IMG/VR virus record: IMGVR_UViG_3300032269_001670
Location: 21,708-85,707 of that record
Reading direction: 5' to 3' (one strand)
Length of the DNA: 64,000 bases
Source of the DNA: a virus
Lineage: Duplodnaviria > Caudoviricetes
Shown here: piece after piece, positions 47,801-54,223 of the stretch
Position numbering within the stretch: position 1 is the stretch's first letter
Layout: every line of letters starts with the position of its first letter
Program-made: the position numbers and the translations under genes
Notes under the pieces: generated by a model
What the model was told of the DNA's origin: nothing
The model's database searches: none
The model's input: the letters and a program-made list of their open reading frames with translations, nothing else

Positions 47801-49006
47801 AAACTTAGTTGACATGTTGTGAATTTCTTCTCGAGTTTTTTGAGAGAGTTGGGCTTGTGATCCTCGTGGTCGAGGCTGCATAACTGTTGGATAGCCACGC
47901 TCTGATTCAGTGGAGGCAATCATGCGCTCCAGAGAGGTCATGCCATATTTTGCGCCAAGCGTAAATGCGCCGGTACGCGGATCTTCATACATTCCTGGCT
48001 TACGAGGGCCAAATCCTGCCTCATCTCGGTACCCGCGACCATTGATAACCCCGCCAGCCTTTCGGGCAAGAGAAATGAAATTCTGCAAGGCGCGTGCGTC
48101 CGACGGTGTTCCTGGGAACGTAATCGGTTTGAACTCCCTATTTACCGGCTTTGCTACGGGATGCCCACTTGGCCGGCCCTCAATCCTCCAGCCCTGTTGC
48201 TCCAGTTGCATGAGGACATTACGCCAATCCTTTGGAATGCCCTTTAGGTCAGAAACGTCACCCCATCGGCCCTCTCGACTTCCGCCGCCCCTGCCACCTC
48301 CGGCGTAACGAGTTTGCGTTGGGGTTGGGTTTGCCTCAACGTAGCGCTTCTGCTCTGCAAGCTGACGGCGCATCTCAATTGCAGCTCGGAGCTGTCGGGA
48401 GCCCTGAGTATTTGGATCTGTGGCGCGAATATTTTCCGATTGAGCAGCCTGGACCATACGTGACCGCTCGCGCTCTAGGCGCTTAGTGGTTCCCCTGGCA
48501 ATTTCCTGTGTAATTCTTGACTCGCGCTCCAACATCGTTCGATGCGCGCGTTCCCTGGCAGCCCGCCCAGCCTCAAACTCTTTCATGAAATCAGAAGAGT
48601 CACGGAGGCCACTCATTGTTCGGCTGAGCCGCTGCATGGCCGGGATAGTCTGGCGGTTGATTGCCGTTGCCATGGCAACTGGATCAAACCCGGCATTGCG
48701 CGCCATTCTTCCGCCAAGAAGTGGGGAGGCGGCAGCAGTTCGATCAAGCTGACGAAGTGCGGGGATGGCTAAGCGCTGAATATCGCGCGCAAATCCTGCA
48801 GGGGTAAATGCTCCAGAGGCACCACCAGCGCGACCGCCAACGCCGAGTTGGCCAAGGTTGGTTTTCTGGCTGGCAGCCTGAAGCTCGCGCAGTCCGGTGA
48901 GGAGTCGGGAGATGTCGGCAAGAGCTCGGGCTACGCCAGAATTAAACGCAGACGAGTCTAGAGATAGACCTACGCTTGCGACATTCCCGCCCTTACCCTC
49001 AGCCAC
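38813..49006 (-). CDS. Tape measure protein fused to HicA-like, ddrB-ParB-like and HExxH domains
   Basis: Tape-measure core (RDFANVTNF...ALGQMNSAGRV...QLANAGI) from about aa 1750; GERGPEM; follows the chaperones. Confidence 0.92.
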   Translation of the reverse strand: MAEGKGGNVASVGLSLDSSAFNSGVARALADISRLLTGLRELQAASQKTNLGQLGVGGRAGGASGAFTPAGFARDIQRLAIPALRQLDRTAAASPLLGGRMARNAGFDPVAMATAINRQTIPAMQRLSRTMSGLRDSSDFMKEFEAGRAARERAHRTMLERESRITQEIARGTTKRLERERSRMVQAAQSENIRATDPNTQGSRQLRAAIEMRRQLAEQKRYVEANPTPTQTRYAGGGRGGGSREGRWGDVSDLKGIPKDWRNVLMQLEQQGWRIEGRPSGHPVAKPVNREFKPITFPGTPSDARALQNFISLARKAGGVINGRGYRDEAGFGPRKPGMYEDPRTGAFTLGAKYGMTSLERMIASTESERGYPTVMQPRPRGSQAQLSQKTREEIHNMSTKFQREKIFTPTTNLEEGLIATVVNQAGQEFVLSGNGRTLGMRQIVKNLGETGKEVIRGSVAEFMKKNPGEFGKGETAALAKEAKAIIAAGETPMLVRRLTSSMEQLGPRQQGQLGLQLNARTGLTTEEIAHAASRMIGPLPQSLLAGDPRKSIAAGKGEAFSAFRGQLVEEALGSTLASKRFGTGTEMTNLMMQTLVAKAYGNNTATAEMLTSAYSKEPSALGSTTRAALERNLGPQLRLRGRIESGELPAAMDPIFNNLPGALKLMQEATTGPQAWISGAQREGLVGNQLGAARALLSQKTMFGGKIPREHVRLASAMLSVPSGGLGAFLSTMTSYGAKAEGAQASLFGEEGGSMKADPRQAVRMAIEASNRYVQGSKGMRGKGSSAQKAALFETVLNEVFSGMPQAVPTAAAIAAKPAVKAASEAVATTASEAIVETVAKANPGFRRPNAYRATPEGGYGISPRELGIAQGSVKARAGGYIPYAESDPKRQGVFNTRLATGYMKLMENLQNYVAQPRSAVPEVAMGQLQMANNLRALAKERGVSLDPLNGHEELAASVTAMFGTALKTQQKEAVATTKAAEAGTKTSKAKEKVAKEEEKVVKEAEKVLTGGAGGGGRGRPTALSGAGGGDPTNPLYAAAGGRATLARLRSNYNMSLAGLNAKTGKYLVDPNESVLNTQKANELRQQMRALMSGTEFKGLSSREQARQISILSEKFGPLRSLQGEKLASTQVNAQTEGGPEGMQRFSTLLRPFLETYLPARRMTSLNLAESGMGGLQGMYNTAENSMLLTGLRQRSSGSVLRTMIHELSHGQFQERMRQGYRNPAEVPQINNQGQIVRNAQGNIQYMPHALAAARYGEPMSAGHLDPEFYRLQAATSKSSGALPAQLAFHRLMGEAVPGGFGNQKAMSEFGVGKEAARLLPELQKLASPAQTKLVNNYLETIKNIYNKLGSTTGKGLGSLQRYAQRSFGSAIGLGLLPESGGLQAASHIGNYLSGLTPESFKGKNLQATRMGLLSAAAQGTTALIGPESQLSRPMQEISGARSEVAKYLVGLSPLEKGMLALGMNPESFVKAPGAKPFFDPKNVEHVEKANQMVRQLVRSFQEVSKAEIPAAERLVTGGRASRGAGRGTRELPMLLENVPHTGIPGGVVLQGARPGAPGQPGSFTGGGALVPYNPETAAESIRRYYGQALVSGGGLSGRFFRGVGMERLMMPQAQIQESLANARGLAGSALYNSPLGAPLSAFRQAREAYSTRGLQSAELKSGAKVAYQKQVMETEAMANAQTRLNRVMGSGNINFNQLGKVMTEVGTGFTAGAMSSLRFAANLAIGQQAVFAFVGMINHLRGGIIEFNAKIEAASVGFTTLFHNAGYSLEDAKKKTDDFIVVLRDFANVTNFRFGDLETAALRMKAFGFEIDSVKAKAKGQMAILEEIPNPWRKLTGEAKQFRGALVNIGDAVAALGAEDDKLRRVTYALGQMNSAGRVYQNDMMQLANAGIAGYEILSQAVIKQIEADPALKKANMEIYKKLLDPKTAVETIRKLARVGRLSGPESVQAILQGLGERYGGGMMAYSRTFSGAMTTLADTSQSLIATSFKPLFDVVRDFTVQLADLFQTEKWINKSKAFGDIISKIAMALRQFIPGFASAIMKLGSSFVSTFGKLGSALGSTKSTLGGLVQNFSAGIGTIGKLLENDVIRNLGVAAIAAKLLMSTLASNPLLATIGLVTTAIGAISTAVKNNSFGFGDLFDRVKPQFDKILARISDNFVPGVTEGLSAGIETFLATMGALVRSLSPILITLLDVFSKIGAAVKPFASIIGMALAAFIGKKVLVDGMAAAMGKFGNATMAAAQALERMQNSRAMGGFMGAGGAFGASKRMYAGNKLYGLSVNEPQGLAAMMGASPTMALGQTGVAGMGYGSPALMRAAMHILPKFAAANGMELTGIPAGALVPGATQNAFVRNNALNPETANLVMGRYRELYNNRNTAEGKVEWAALKKDMGTSGMRALSNAYKEANQSSIAQLGQFVMKLKTTGLSLESLKTVIKAIAARAQMVGTAMMGIGMFTSLMGSALNSKTLTAIGDGLTQVGFGISGLAMAGNALKVAFGTMGLAIAGVLIAISALVGWWMDQQVTDEQRKAAADYQGAYSSQQTLLDYYGKTEYQKLFPNIPTNLPAPPEKPTAGKVQVGSTLYKTLIENGYSPEQALAYQPNEGEIKDQLDEWVKKLAAWQKEYLDKVSPEDLLRQNAQALILQSPDKLAGKMFLEGASFEQIAKATGKTVDQVKAMFKDLAGGSKEAQDAIAKVLSDNLDATGAALKEAQDAYQKALEPFQTDLARLTSRTQEIIQEMFDAEKKALEDEKAHALENTMVMYNGEMVRLGVLEEQYGAMKQQREEMDKMAELEKQRTAAAEAALDVFDASVAPLERARKAREAARDLFNQMGTNKLDQMSKAIEAGKGSVSYTETTTYYEDKAKALQKDQAERARSIQEQMDDLMKQIQEGRIGTAAAKQKFKDIFASAGLDLDVAQSQGYSFMSSFGDGFMKAMQNSVTKVFKALPGLIAKAAEAARQDKLYKAAQDALDIFNTGGQTKVTGKTYKEKYLADQKKSVQRVLAALGKKYANGKVDPGYFTTGGGKNIAQDKQDEIRALLVKTITGLNNQMANISDTAEIFASEVKSQDSAFRTALQGILLPNNQSLIEALTNALYGGGTGGPTSLGQANAQLFLPSYILPGGAAGGMISSAGQFMVGERGPEMIEVGQNGIRVVPNHKLPSWLRSSAGALGAVNMGLGGYAFGTGSGDSGMHNLNNMQDWQKTVARFGRNGQMGGDWKSALGMLLMRAGAPLGALAGKAGGLLERYVENGMKEGSWSYKLGQSWENLGQPGYEPGKFVQMASKLTFLQNWGLKALDNNGFSNYLSKDFLKTMGITGATIGGTMAEMSAPGFLMDLLTGGPRSMTPPNVHAHPSRSPISGTVNIHNPQLNSAADIDRLAERVAAAQARALRSTGYVKR

Positions 49007-49019
49007 TCAAAACCCCCAC

Positions 49020-49271
49020 TCATCCGCCGGACTGCCCACCGGGCTTGCCGAACACGGAAATCATCTGCTCAAGTGAGCCGATGTTGCTCATTCCCTTGCT
49101 ACCTTCGGCAAACTTCGCTCGGTTCTTAGAGCTCTTCGAAGACGAGGATGAATTATCCTTCATCTCTTTATCACGCTGTTCGATATATTTTGCGAATGCG
49201 TTTAGCTGGGGTAGCGTGAGTTGCATGAAATCGTTTGGGGTATAACCAAAGGCATCTGCGTAAGACGCCAT
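49020..49271 (-). CDS. Tail assembly chaperone, T part (reached by -1 frameshift)
   Basis: In frame with the -1 frame from the slippery site; precedes the tape measure. Confidence 0.8.
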   Translation of the reverse strand: MASYADAFGYTPNDFMQLTLPQLNAFAKYIEQRDKEMKDNSSSSSKSSKNRAKFAEGSKGMSNIGSLEQMISVFGKPGGQSGG

Positions 49272-49300
49272 GATCGATCCCCAGTCGATCTCAGACCAGC

Positions 49301-49588
49301 TTACGCCTCCGCTTTTCCCTCGATGCCCTCTTCACCGCTGCCAATCAGGCCGCTTGAACGGAGCACCTTGTCGATCTCGTCACGCATAGTGTCAAGCGAG
49401 AATCGCTCGCCAACGCCGCGCTCGTCGATCTTGGGATCATCCTTGCGAAGGACAAGCCAAAGAATGTAGCGAAGAACAGTGAAACGTGTCAGGTCAACCT
49501 TGTCAAGGCCACCAAACTTCTCCTCAATGTCAGCGAGATCATTGAGGTTGAGTACGCGCGCAGCGCGCACCTCATTAAGGTTCGCCAT
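49301..49588 (-). CDS. Tail assembly chaperone G
   Basis: Between tail tube and tape measure; SD AAGGAG. Confidence 0.8.
   Translation of the reverse strand: MANLNEVRAARVLNLNDLADIEEKFGGLDKVDLTRFTVLRYILWLVLRKDDPKIDERGVGERFSLDTMRDEIDKVLRSSGLIGSGEEGIEGKAEA
49313..49319 (-). promoter_or_regulatory. -1 ribosomal frameshift heptamer G GGA AAA
   Basis: The -1 frame is open (SGGVSWSEIDWGSI) into ATG 49271, 42 nt away. Confidence 0.85.
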
Positions 49589-49633
49589 GTGAACTCCTTG
49601 CCCCTGCGGGGCCTACCAGCTGCTAACGCTTAA

Positions 49634-50497
49634 TTAAGCGTTGATCGACACAATCTGCGCCGTGCTGGAATCATACTGTAGGTTGAGCTCAAGATCAACC
49701 TTGATGATGTCCTCGCGCGTGAAAGGGATATTGTGCTGGTAAATGCATGCCTTGTAGGCCGTGATCTCTACCGTCTTTGATGGGTCGTCAGAGCGGGTGT
49801 GGGTGAACACGGCGCGAACCGGTCGGTTTCGAAGCATTGACAGGTCAAGAGGATTGACAGCAGCAGTGCCAAAACTAATGGTTTCCTTGTAGTTTAGGCT
49901 GCCTGGGTAGATGCTTGTGCTTGCATTGCTCCCACCGGTGACGCTAAAGATTTTCTGGAAACGCATTGGGTCAAGCTCAATGCCACGAACGCGAATGTTT
50001 GACTTACCACCGAAGTGGGCCTTGGCAATAGGGAAGTTGTACTGACCAAAGAATTCGCGCTCCTGGAATGTAATATCAAACTCGACATCGCCGCCGATTT
50101 CGCCAATGTCTTGGAGGCCCTTGTATTTTGCAAGATCCGCGCCAGCTGGGTCAGCAAGTGCGGTAACGCTAAACGTTGTAGTTCCAGAGCTTACTGAGCC
50201 CTGCTTCCAATCATATCCATTAACGTTGCCAACATAAATGTCATAGCCGGAGCTTGCGCCAGAAAGGGCAGTCCAGGAGACATCAAGCTTGCCGGTTGCG
50301 CTAAGGACAACGATAAACGTTGCAGATGGGGTTGCGACACCAGCAGAGTTCTTTCCGGCGACACGTACGTAGTACGTGCCAGCCGGAACGGAACCGCTAA
50401 CAATAGAGGGGGTCACGGACACGCCGGACACCTGTGTGTACAAGCCGCCGTTAAGCCATGTTCCAAGCTTGAGACGACCACTTCCGAGAGTGAACAT
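49634..50497 (-). CDS. Tail tube protein paralog 2 with Ig/FN3-like insertion
   Basis: Shares GEIGGDVEFDI.FQEREF.GQ.NFPIAKA and RSDDPSK...PFTREDI with paralog 1. Confidence 0.8.
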   Translation of the reverse strand: MFTLGSGRLKLGTWLNGGLYTQVSGVSVTPSIVSGSVPAGTYYVRVAGKNSAGVATPSATFIVVLSATGKLDVSWTALSGASSGYDIYVGNVNGYDWKQGSVSSGTTTFSVTALADPAGADLAKYKGLQDIGEIGGDVEFDITFQEREFFGQYNFPIAKAHFGGKSNIRVRGIELDPMRFQKIFSVTGGSNASTSIYPGSLNYKETISFGTAAVNPLDLSMLRNRPVRAVFTHTRSDDPSKTVEITAYKACIYQHNIPFTREDIIKVDLELNLQYDSSTAQIVSINA

Positions 50498-50520
50498 GTT
50501 CGTGACCCCCTAATCTACTA

Positions 50521-51210
50521 TTACGCCTCGATGAGAACGACCGAAGGGGTCGCGCTCGACGAGCTGACTGTTTGCTTGCAATCGCGGTCCACAACGGCCG
50601 AGAAGTCAAGGTCCTGACGGGCAATGTCTTCACGGGTGAACGGCATCATGAGCTGCATGCTATATGCCTTCGGAAGGTGAATAATCACCGACTTCGAAGG
50701 ATCGTCCGAGCGAATGTGCTCAAACTTCACATACAGCGGGCGTGGAAGCCCCATCAACGCCGTAACGTTAGTGAGGGTTGTGTTACCAGTTGGTCGACCG
50801 CCGTCTGGGTCAAAGTTGACCGAATAGCTGCCACCGCTGAAGTTGTTATGCGCGTAGCCGTATGCCGATGCGGTATCCAGAAGATTCGTGTCCGAAGTGG
50901 TCTTTGACTCACCAAGCGAAACGTGGAAGAGGTTCTTCACGTTGTCCCAGTTGATCTCGACGCCACGAGCGCGGATATCGGCCTTGCCGCCGAAGAACGC
51001 CTTGGCAATCGGGAAGTTTGACTGACCGTAGAACTCGCGCTCCTGGAAGTTGATGTCAAACTCAACATCGCCACCGATTTCACCAACGGTCACGAGCTCG
51101 CCCGTGTTACCGTAGCCGTCGCTGGTAGTAAAGTAAGGTGCAGCAGCGTTGATGACGGCTCCGGACTTCCAGAACGCCACCTTGACTACACCGGATCCAA
51201 GTGTAAGCAT
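50521..51210 (-). CDS. Major tail tube protein paralog 1
   Basis: Position after the tail terminator; beta-rich; SD AGGAG. Confidence 0.82.
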   Translation of the reverse strand: MLTLGSGVVKVAFWKSGAVINAAAPYFTTSDGYGNTGELVTVGEIGGDVEFDINFQEREFYGQSNFPIAKAFFGGKADIRARGVEINWDNVKNLFHVSLGESKTTSDTNLLDTASAYGYAHNNFSGGSYSVNFDPDGGRPTGNTTLTNVTALMGLPRPLYVKFEHIRSDDPSKSVIIHLPKAYSMQLMMPFTREDIARQDLDFSAVVDRDCKQTVSSSSATPSVVLIEA

Positions 51211-51220
51211 GTGTTTTCTC

Positions 51221-51652
51221 CTATGTCTTGATGACGCTATACCGGATCACTCGCCGGTATTCCAGACTCGTGTCGTCGTAGATGTCCTGCTCTGTCACTT
51301 TATGCGACAAATGCAAAACAGTCCCGTTCGGCCCCGAGAGGCGCTTCCTATTAAGCACCACATCCACGCGGTTGCCAATAGTATTCATCTCTGCGGCCCC
51401 GTTTTTACTCACGATTAGGACATCCACAATAGGGCGATCAACACCCAAGGCTACGTCGCTCCCGCCGCCATAAATGGCCACGCGAATAGACGGCAAATTG
51501 GACTTCCCTGGGTTATAAACGGGATAGACCTTTTTATCCGTGGCAGTACCACCCAGCAACGTTTGAAGCTGGGCATCAGAGCTCAGTGCGGTAAAAAAGG
51601 CTTCGTAGATGCCATACATGCCCGGGATTGTACTTCTTGACATGCTCATCAT
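51221..51652 (-). CDS. Tail terminator / completion protein
   Basis: Size, position and ALSSDAQLQTLLG...KVYP motif typical of gpU/gp17-like proteins. Confidence 0.75.
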   Translation of the reverse strand: MMSMSRSTIPGMYGIYEAFFTALSSDAQLQTLLGGTATDKKVYPVYNPGKSNLPSIRVAIYGGGSDVALGVDRPIVDVLIVSKNGAAEMNTIGNRVDVVLNRKRLSGPNGTVLHLSHKVTEQDIYDDTSLEYRRVIRYSVIKT

Positions 51653-51706
51653 CTACCATAAATTCTTCTGCGCCTACACGATTTTGTGGATATGTGGTTC
51701 AAAGTG

Positions 51707-51715
51707 TGATATAGT
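51707..51715 (+). promoter_or_regulatory. Extended -10 TGATATAGT with 5' hairpin TCTGGCC/GGCCAGA (51719-51738)
   Basis: Drives the inverted two-gene cassette; SD AAGGAG follows. Confidence 0.6.
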
Positions 51716-51750
51716 CCCTCTGGCCGAAAATGGCCAGAAGGAGTTGTAAC

Positions 51751-51891
51751 ATGGGTTTTAGGGATTTGTTCTCCAAGAAGACAACCAAGCCGTCGAAGGC
51801 GCAGAAGGCTGCCCCTAAGAAGGCTACAAAGCCAGCCGCAAAGCCTGCCGCAAAGCCGGCAGCTAAGAAGCCTGCTTCTGGCAAGAAGTAG
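51751..51891 (+). CDS. 46-aa Lys/Ala/Pro-rich histone H1-like protein
   Basis: Not in the track; ...KAAPKKATKPAAKPAAKPAAKKPASGKK; SD AAGGAG. Confidence 0.8.
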   Translation: MGFRDLFSKKTTKPSKAQKAAPKKATKPAAKPAAKPAAKKPASGKK

Positions 51892-51913
51892 GGATAATCT
51901 CCCCGGAGGTTTC

Positions 51914-53191
51914 ATGACAGAAAATTATCGGTATCTGAGGCCGTGGTCGGCTGCAGAAAAGCAGGATGCTTTAAAGATGGATTTTAGCGAGTTTGGCAAA
52001 ACGTACCCAGATCGTTCGATTCACGGGTACAAGATCATGCGAAACAAGCTGCTCCGGGGAGAGAAGTCTTTTATTGATCGGCGGGCCTTCAATGGTCGCT
52101 CGCCGGAGATTATCCCCGGCACGTTGCGGGAGGCCATTGCGTCTGCTCGCGGAAAGGTGGAACTTGTGAAGGAAGTTGCCGAAAAAGAAGTTGCTTCGTA
52201 TGAGGCAATCGGCGAGGTTGAGCGGCTCAAGTCCGCTCACCGCAAGGCACTGAAGAAGTTGGAAGACAAAGAACGCGACCGAAACGAGCTTGTTGAGGCT
52301 GTTTACCAGGCAGCCCGAGAAGCTTCTGCGGCAATGAATATTGCCCCGGTTGCTCAACCGAAGGCAGATAAGCGCAAGGCCGATGATGAAACAGCTATTT
52401 TGCTGCTTTCAGACTGGCAGCTTGGAAAAATTACACCGACGTACAATTCCGATGTCGCCGCAGAGCGCATTAAGTCGCTCTCTGACAAGGTGGAGCGCCT
52501 TGTCGAGATTCAGCGTGCAGCACATCCAGTCAAGGAGCTCCGCGTGTATCTGCTTGGCGACTTGGTTGAGGGGGAAGACATTTTCCCCGGTCAGGCACAC
52601 CTTATTGATGCCTCACTGTACAATCAGATTTTTCACGGTGGCGAGATCCTTGCCAATCTTGTTCGCCGACTGGCATCGGTTTTTGAGAAGGTGCGCGTTG
52701 TTGGCGTCATTGGCAATCACGGCCGTCTTGGCCGTCGCGGCACGTTCCACCCGGAATCCAATGCCGACGCCATGATGTACCGCATTGCTTCGATGACGTT
52801 GAAGGAGCAGAAGAACGTTGAGTGGGTGGAGACCATCTCCGCCGGCGAACGTGCTTGGTTTGCGACCGATGAGGTTAAGGGTAAGACATGGTTCCTGTTC
52901 CATGGCGATCAGGTATCAGGTGGCTTTGCTGGGTTCCCTTGGTATGGGTTTGGCAAGAAGCTGCAGGGCTGGAACATGACTGTTGCGCGGTTTGATTACA
53001 GCGCAGCCGGCCACTTCCACACCCCAACGCGAATGTACCTGAACGGTATTACGCACTGGAGCGGCGGCTCTACGGAAAGCTCAAATACCTATGCCCAGGA
53101 GCAGCTTGCCTCTGCTGGCGAACCATGCCAGTGGTTGCTGTTTCAGCATGAGAGTGGTGTGACGGCGGAGTATTTGATCCGCTTAAGCTAA
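51914..53191 (+). CDS. Calcineurin-like metallophosphoesterase with N-terminal coiled coil
   Basis: SDWQLG, LGDLVEG, GNHG, FHGD, GHFH motifs. Confidence 0.9.
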   Translation: MTENYRYLRPWSAAEKQDALKMDFSEFGKTYPDRSIHGYKIMRNKLLRGEKSFIDRRAFNGRSPEIIPGTLREAIASARGKVELVKEVAEKEVASYEAIGEVERLKSAHRKALKKLEDKERDRNELVEAVYQAAREASAAMNIAPVAQPKADKRKADDETAILLLSDWQLGKITPTYNSDVAAERIKSLSDKVERLVEIQRAAHPVKELRVYLLGDLVEGEDIFPGQAHLIDASLYNQIFHGGEILANLVRRLASVFEKVRVVGVIGNHGRLGRRGTFHPESNADAMMYRIASMTLKEQKNVEWVETISAGERAWFATDEVKGKTWFLFHGDQVSGGFAGFPWYGFGKKLQGWNMTVARFDYSAAGHFHTPTRMYLNGITHWSGGSTESSNTYAQEQLASAGEPCQWLLFQHESGVTAEYLIRLS

Positions 53192-53893
53192 CCCGGCCTT
53201 GCGAAGCTTGTATCGACGCTGGCGCATAATCTTTTTGTAATGCGACGAGCTAAGCGATGCAAGCTTTCGCGCCTTAAATCCACGGCCACTTGAGGTTCCA
53301 ACCGGCGACGCCCCAAACTTAGCGGCAAGAGCAGCAATTGACTTGGCGCTAAGTTTTAGCTTTCCAGCACCGTATCCAGCGGCCCCCTGCGCGGCAACGC
53401 GAATGGCCTGAGTAACCTCGTAGGCAACTGCCTGAGATAAAGCATTTCCAATAAGTCCAAGGCGAGATTGAAATGCGCGCATGGCGGCGCCAAGAAAGTC
53501 TTGCTTAACGTACCCTACGTATGGGTGCTCCCCGCCAGAGGAGCTTCCTTGCTGGGGGTCCGTGCCGTAGGTTACCATCACGGCTGCAACCTTACCTTTA
53601 CCGGCTGGGGTTACAGAAAAGACGCTTTGCGAGCGACGCTTTTTAGGGAATGCTTCGCTATTGTATGGTCCTTGAAGACCATCAGCCAACGCTCCGGTAT
53701 CAACAGGGGCAGCCTGTGCGGCCATCCCCGCAAGGCTTTGTGCGCCACCGTACACTTCGGCTTGGATGATCTCTGTGGCAGCTTGAACAAATGTTGGGTC
53801 AATCTGCTGCTGCGCCTGCTTAAGAGTATTTTCAACGGCCTTCAGCTGCTGTTGGGCAACGGAAATGTTAAAGCCTACCGATCCGCGAGCCAT
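53183..53893 (-). CDS. Neck/tail-completion protein (HK97 gp10-like) with basic C-terminal extension
   Basis: AAQAAPVDTGALAD...YVGYV; position. Confidence 0.7.
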   Translation of the reverse strand: MARGSVGFNISVAQQQLKAVENTLKQAQQQIDPTFVQAATEIIQAEVYGGAQSLAGMAAQAAPVDTGALADGLQGPYNSEAFPKKRRSQSVFSVTPAGKGKVAAVMVTYGTDPQQGSSSGGEHPYVGYVKQDFLGAAMRAFQSRLGLIGNALSQAVAYEVTQAIRVAAQGAAGYGAGKLKLSAKSIAALAAKFGASPVGTSSGRGFKARKLASLSSSHYKKIMRQRRYKLRKAGLA

Positions 53894-54223
53894 TTACCGC
53901 TCGACAATCCAAGCCTCCACCAAAAGGTGGTGCTTGAGGGATTCCTCGTTAATCGATGCAACGGTAAACTCTTTGCCGCCGGTAATCAACGTGTCGTTGA
54001 TTGCTGGCCGGTCGCTATCGTCAAGATATGGCAACCAAAACTTAAACATGCTCTTAGAGCTTCGGCCGGTCTGGTTCGGTTGATCATTTCCGTAGACCTG
54101 CTGATAGTGCCCACGCTTAGTCCAGACCTCAGCCTCGACAATAACCGGAGCTCCGATAGCATCCTGGGACACCGACCCCTGGCGCTTAAGCGTGATTGTG
54201 CTGATAAAACCCGGCAAACTCAT
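53894..54223 (-). CDS. Head closure / head-tail adaptor
   Basis: TITLKR...DAIG...WT; size and position. Confidence 0.8.
   Translation of the reverse strand: MSLPGFISTITLKRQGSVSQDAIGAPVIVEAEVWTKRGHYQQVYGNDQPNQTGRSSKSMFKFWLPYLDDSDRPAINDTLITGGKEFTVASINEESLKHHLLVEAWIVER

Noticed and set aside
49627-49640. 14-bp perfect palindrome CGCTTAATTAAGCG
   Set aside because: Single occurrence that includes the tail-tube stop codon; no supporting context for an operator.
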